DNA of 64,000 bases from Raillietiella orientalis (taxonomy: Eukaryota). Positions 59,501-64,000 of this stretch are shown here, piece after piece (positions within the stretch are counted from its first letter, which is position 1; each line of letters begins with the position of its first letter). The DNA is taken from contig JAYWIR010000026.1 of NCBI GenBank assembly GCA_036172245.1, positions 1,364,001-1,428,000 of the forward strand, given 5' to 3'. Under the pieces are notes generated by a model, which saw nothing but the letters and a program-made list of their open reading frames with translations, made no database searches and was not told the DNA's origin. Made by a program: the position numbers and the translations under genes.

Positions 59501-62500
59501 AACCGCATCTCTCGACTCGAACCGAGATCTCTCTCTCGAATTCTTCCGTCGCGCCGCTGCTTCTAACCCTGTAGCTCTGGAAACGCTCAGAGGACTTCTG
59601 TTACTCAAAACTCTAAGAAACGAATCAAGGAAGCCAGAACTCCCTTGCTGCTGCAATAGGCTGTCTGGGACGTTCGGCCTTTCCCGAGTGTCTGAAGCGT
59701 CTCTTCTTTTCGGCAGCCTCATTCTCTCGCTTCTTCGGAGTGGCCTCGTCGGTGTCTTCTCAGGGTCAAGATGAAAAGATCGATTTCCCCTCCCCCTTTC
59801 TTCCCGGACATCCATGGGTGGGTTGGTCTGCTCCCCAAGTAACCCATCACCTCCCGTTCCAGATGCTTCCGGAACCAGGAAGTTTCCCGCAGTTGACTTT
59901 CGGGATCCACTTCGGATGCCCGGAGAACGGCTCAAAGTGCAATCTTCATCGGGAAGAGGCGGACGCAGGGAAGGAAAACGGAATCGGTGCGAAGCGACTC
60001 GTTATCTCATGAGGAAAGATACGAAAGCAGGAGGGGAGGAAAATCTCTTCAGACTATAAAGAGCTCGCAGCACGCAGGCGGATGGCGACGGCGTTGTCTG
60101 TTACATTTTTTTTCTTTTTCTTCGTTTCAGCTGAGCATTCAGAGGAGGCTTCCAGAGATCGGTGGGGATCCAAGCATCCAGTTATCTGTTTTTCCCACTT
60201 GGCAACTCATCCGGGGCCTTCTGCTGCCGACCTCTTCTGCTGCAAACAAAGAAGCCTGCTCGGAACAAGCCAGGCAGGGGACGCTCTCCGAAACCCCTTC
60301 GTTTCCTCGCGCAGCATTCGAATCCACGTTTCCGCGCCCCTGAAGATTCCAGGGGGACCCGTGTCACGAGGTCTGATGGTTCTTTACGAGATCTTCTGCC
60401 CGATGCCTCCAGCGGGAGCCAAGCGGCGAGGAACCCGCTTGGCGCTACTCTTGCACGGCTGACCTCGAAGTAGGAAGCAGCCAAGGCTTCTGGAAGGAGT
60501 CACGGAAAGTGTTCTCCAAACCGCGAACAGAATGCCCGGTGCTCCGCAAGAGAAAGGTCTAGTCGTCGTCCTGGACGACTGCTGCTCCTTCGAAAGGCCA
60601 GGGACAGAGCTCGAAAGGGACGTTGCAAGCCCCCCTTCACCCCTCCCTTCCTCCTCCCCCCCTGTCCCCACGGTTTCGGTGAGGGTCCTGAGTCCGGCGG
60701 GAGCTTGAAACCACGCACCCTTGGAGGACCGCATGTGATGCGTGACCGCATGGCACAGCCGAGGGCGTGCCGTGCCGTTCTGTGTCACCCCGCCAGATGG
60801 AACAGTTTGACGAGATCCGCCAGCAGCACACACCGGTGCGACGCCACTCTGCCAAGTGAGCGCACGCTTGCGCAGCACCGCCTTTCGCATCGCGCGGGAG
60901 GAACGAACCGCAGACATTGCGGACCTCGGAGCATCTCCGTACAGAGAACACCCGAATGGACCTGCTCTCTTGCTGGTGCACGATGTAAGGTGGACCGAGC
61001 TAGCTCGAGGATACTCGTCGAAATCTGCACCGGCATCCGTGACCGCGATGGTGCGGCATTTCGGGGAAGGAGGGGGGGAGGAATGGTGCAAGAACCGAGG
61101 ATACTGCTGCAAATGCGAGAATCGGCAAAAGGTGAAGATCAGATCGATGGATTGTCTGTTCGTACGGTCTACAGACGCGTGCGCGGAAGAATTCCACGGA
61201 GTCGCCGAGCTGAGCTTCACAGCCGGCTGCGCAGAAGTCCGTTTCAAGCGCGGGGACCCCCTTCCCCTCTCTCTCTCGTCGCCCTGGCAAAGTGCGCTCG
61301 CTGAGAGGACGTCTGGGAACGCTCCCCCTCTCGTCGGATCCAAGAATCATCTGAAACCACGCTGCGCTCGCTGAAAGCTGCTTGCTACCGAGACGAAAAC
61401 CACAACCCCGTGCCTCTCGGAATCTCTCCTGAAAAATTCGCGTCTTCTTAAGTGGAGTCTTTCGCTCCTTGAGCTTCTCTTCCCACGGATTTTTCCTTCC
61501 CGCGGAGAGTGGCGCGTCAGAAGAGGCGCCATTGATCCGTGTCTTTCCTACAACCCGTAATGACGAAATGATCGGCTTGTTCGTGGCTCCTTGGCCCCGC
61601 ATTCCAGATCTTTTGAGCGCTTTCCGTCCGGCCGTCCCTGCCGCCTCCTTCCTTTCCCTGAATCGCTCGGCTGAAAGGTTTTCGAGGCCAGGGAAGAACC
61701 TGAGTTTCAGACGAAGACCGGTCGTTCCTTCCCAAATCTTACCTACCCAGCACCGAATCGCGGGGGACCACATACACTGCTCCCTCGAGATCGCCCCTCT
61801 TCCTCTCTCCTTCCTTGCAAACCCTCCGCCTTCCCTTCTACCCTCGAGAAGCGCCGGGAGTGTCGAAGGCGCGCGTGCGCGGCTCGGGTCTCGTGGCGCC
61901 AGGGAACGGCGGTGGCCAGCCAATGCGCCGGGGTGCGCGCCACGCCCGACCAGCAGAAAGCCCCGGCGGTTTTTTCAGAGGGACCGCCGCCATGTTGGCA
62001 GGGCGATTGCAAAACCGGCAATTTCCAAGGGTTCGGAGAAGATGCGCTCGGCAGACGGAAAACGTGATTAGGAAATGAAACGTCGAGCGGGGTGTCACAG
62101 GAGGGAAGTCCCCCGAGAAGTTCCACGATTTCCTGCATAATTTGGGGAAGGGTCTCCCCCTCCCCCATAAAAACAAGAAGATAATTGCCCCCTGCTTTTC
62201 TTCCTTCCCTTCCCCCACTCACTCCTCCCTCCTCCCCTCTCCCTCCCGGAAAAGCGCAGGGAAGCGCTCGTGCCGCTCTCCTCGGCAGCAGCGATTCCGA
62301 CAAGGCGGGAGGGAAGCAGAGGAGGCGCCGCCGTACGAGAAGAGAGAGGAAGAACGGCCTCAGGAGAGAAGTCGCCGCCGCCTCTTGAGCCCGCGAGGAA
62401 GACTCGGATGCTGAGCTGTCCCGCATCGCCGTTCCTACGAGGCTGCGTCGAGCTCGCGCGAGCGCCTGCCAACAGCTGCGCCGGCTCCTGCTGTTCGAAG

Positions 62501-64000
62501 GAAGGCCGCGCGCGTCCTGGTCATCGCCGCCCTCTGTGTGTGCGCACGGGAGAGAATCCCGTACTGAGGACATGCCGCGGGGAAGGGAAGGGGGGGGGGA
62601 AGTTGCTGGCGTCTGAGATGTGGCTCAGGGTCGGATCTGCTCTGAGCGAATCGGCGCTGGAAAAAGCGCGCCCGGGTCGAAAAATTCCACTTCCGAGTGC
62701 GGAGGGCAACTCCGCCTCGAGCCCAGCTGTCACGAATTCGATTGCTCGCACGCTGGAAGCTGACAGATTTCTCGTGTGGTTGATTTATTAACTCCTCACG
62801 AGGATTCATCTCTCCGGAGCTCCCGGATGGCGCGAGGAGCTCCTGCCGAGATCTCCTCACGAACCCCCCCGCGTCTTTCCGAGGAGCTCCTGCTCGCACC
62901 CGACGCACAGCAGCCTCCTTCTTCGCCCTCCCCTCACCAGTGACGCGGCTGCAGTGGGTGGGAAGCGGTGTCAACGTGCCGTTTGTTCCGACCAGGGTCG
63001 ACTCCACCACCCTACGCTCGATGGGTCCCATCAGGTGGATGGACGTCCTATTCGAGGAGCGACTGCTGCTTGATTGCTTGCAGCTTGACGGCCATCAGCA
63101 GCCAGCCGACGCCAACAACACCCCTCCCCCCCTTTCAGGTGTCTAGCGCTCCTGGTGAGACAGAACGGCGATCCCCGGCCTCGCCGTTTCCGGGGAAACG
63201 ATGATTTCGATCTCGGAGTTTTTCTTTGCGTCTCCTGGACAGTCCATCGTCCCTGATAACTTGGCTCAAAACGAACACGAGAAGGCTGACCTCCGCTCCC
63301 AGACTTCACTCGATCTCCCCTAATTGGCCATCCTAGGAGGGCCATCGTTTGTCCAGGTGGGCACAGATCGTCTTCCTGCCGATTATCGCTTGGCAGGGGT
63401 CTCCATCGCGGCCTCCTGTCTCCGCCCACTGCAGCTCTTTTTCTTCTTCTTCTCCGTCTTCTGCACACCCACCCGGAAGGAAAGGCGACTTCGAGATCTG
63501 CCGTCACGAGGACTCCACGTGCCGAGGGCGCCTGAAGCGACCAGTGTCGCCCAATCTCCCCCCCTCGCTCCCCCGGGATTTCTCGGGAAATGCGATGCCT
63601 TTATTTTCAGCCCGACGGCGGCGGTGCCTCCGTCGGAGAGTGCAGAACATCCCCAGAGGGCGCGGAAGATCGCAGAACCCCGGGAGCGGGGTCAGGAAAC
63701 TCCATCGAACTCACGAGGACTACGGGACCCTGGATCCTCCGAGGCCGCCAGATGCGCAATCAGCTTCTGAGGATCAGGTCAAGGGAGTTCTCCGCGATGA
63801 CGAGCATCGCTCACCAATCATCCCGTGGATGACAGAGCTCGTCGAATTCCTACCTTCTCTTCTTCCTGTTTCCGCGTCCTATTAATAGATCGCAGATTCC
63901 AGTCTCGCGTGTGATCTTCATCTTCTTTGACTTTTTAATTTCGGAAGATTGCGGCTCGCCCGCCGCCGCCTCTCGCCAAGCGTTCCTCGAGGTGGACATA

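Noticed and set aside
60384..61923. Overlapping 200-320-aa ORFs on both strands
   Set aside because: No recognisable domain or convincing splice structure; a hidden exon cannot be excluded without RNA data.

Overview
This is GC-rich eukaryotic (arthropod-like) genomic DNA, not a prokaryotic window. Nearly all of the short six-frame ORFs look spurious. One complete spliced gene can be rebuilt by hand on the + strand: a tenectin-like (tnc) secreted extracellular-matrix protein. Proposed CDS: join(12123..12225,16797..16853,17162..17356,17835..18125,21269..21526,21592..21795,21849..22049,22097..23782,23825..23956,24005..25365,25436..26426,26479..26559,26603..28558,28622..28988,29189..30250,30353..30455), which is 9048 nt or about 3015 aa, with GT-AG junctions and consistent phases. 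Its architecture is signal peptide, four VWC-type Cys domains, a ~2400-aa Ser/Thr/Glu/Pro-rich mucin-like region, an RGD-bearing VWC domain and a final partial VWC domain. The flanks (about 0.3-4.2 kb and 31-64 kb) are mostly heavily decayed L1/Tx1-type non-LTR retrotransposon fragments, plus SINE-like repeats and microsatellites. The most notable observations are a cluster of very short introns (42-70 nt), two stop-free 3n candidate micro-introns that would add Cys to the mucin region if retained, NGD in place of RGD in VWC3, and a recent 133-bp hairpin-containing duplication upstream of the gene. I see no convincing evidence of a wholly new biological system. All family calls come from motif recognition by eye, not database searches.
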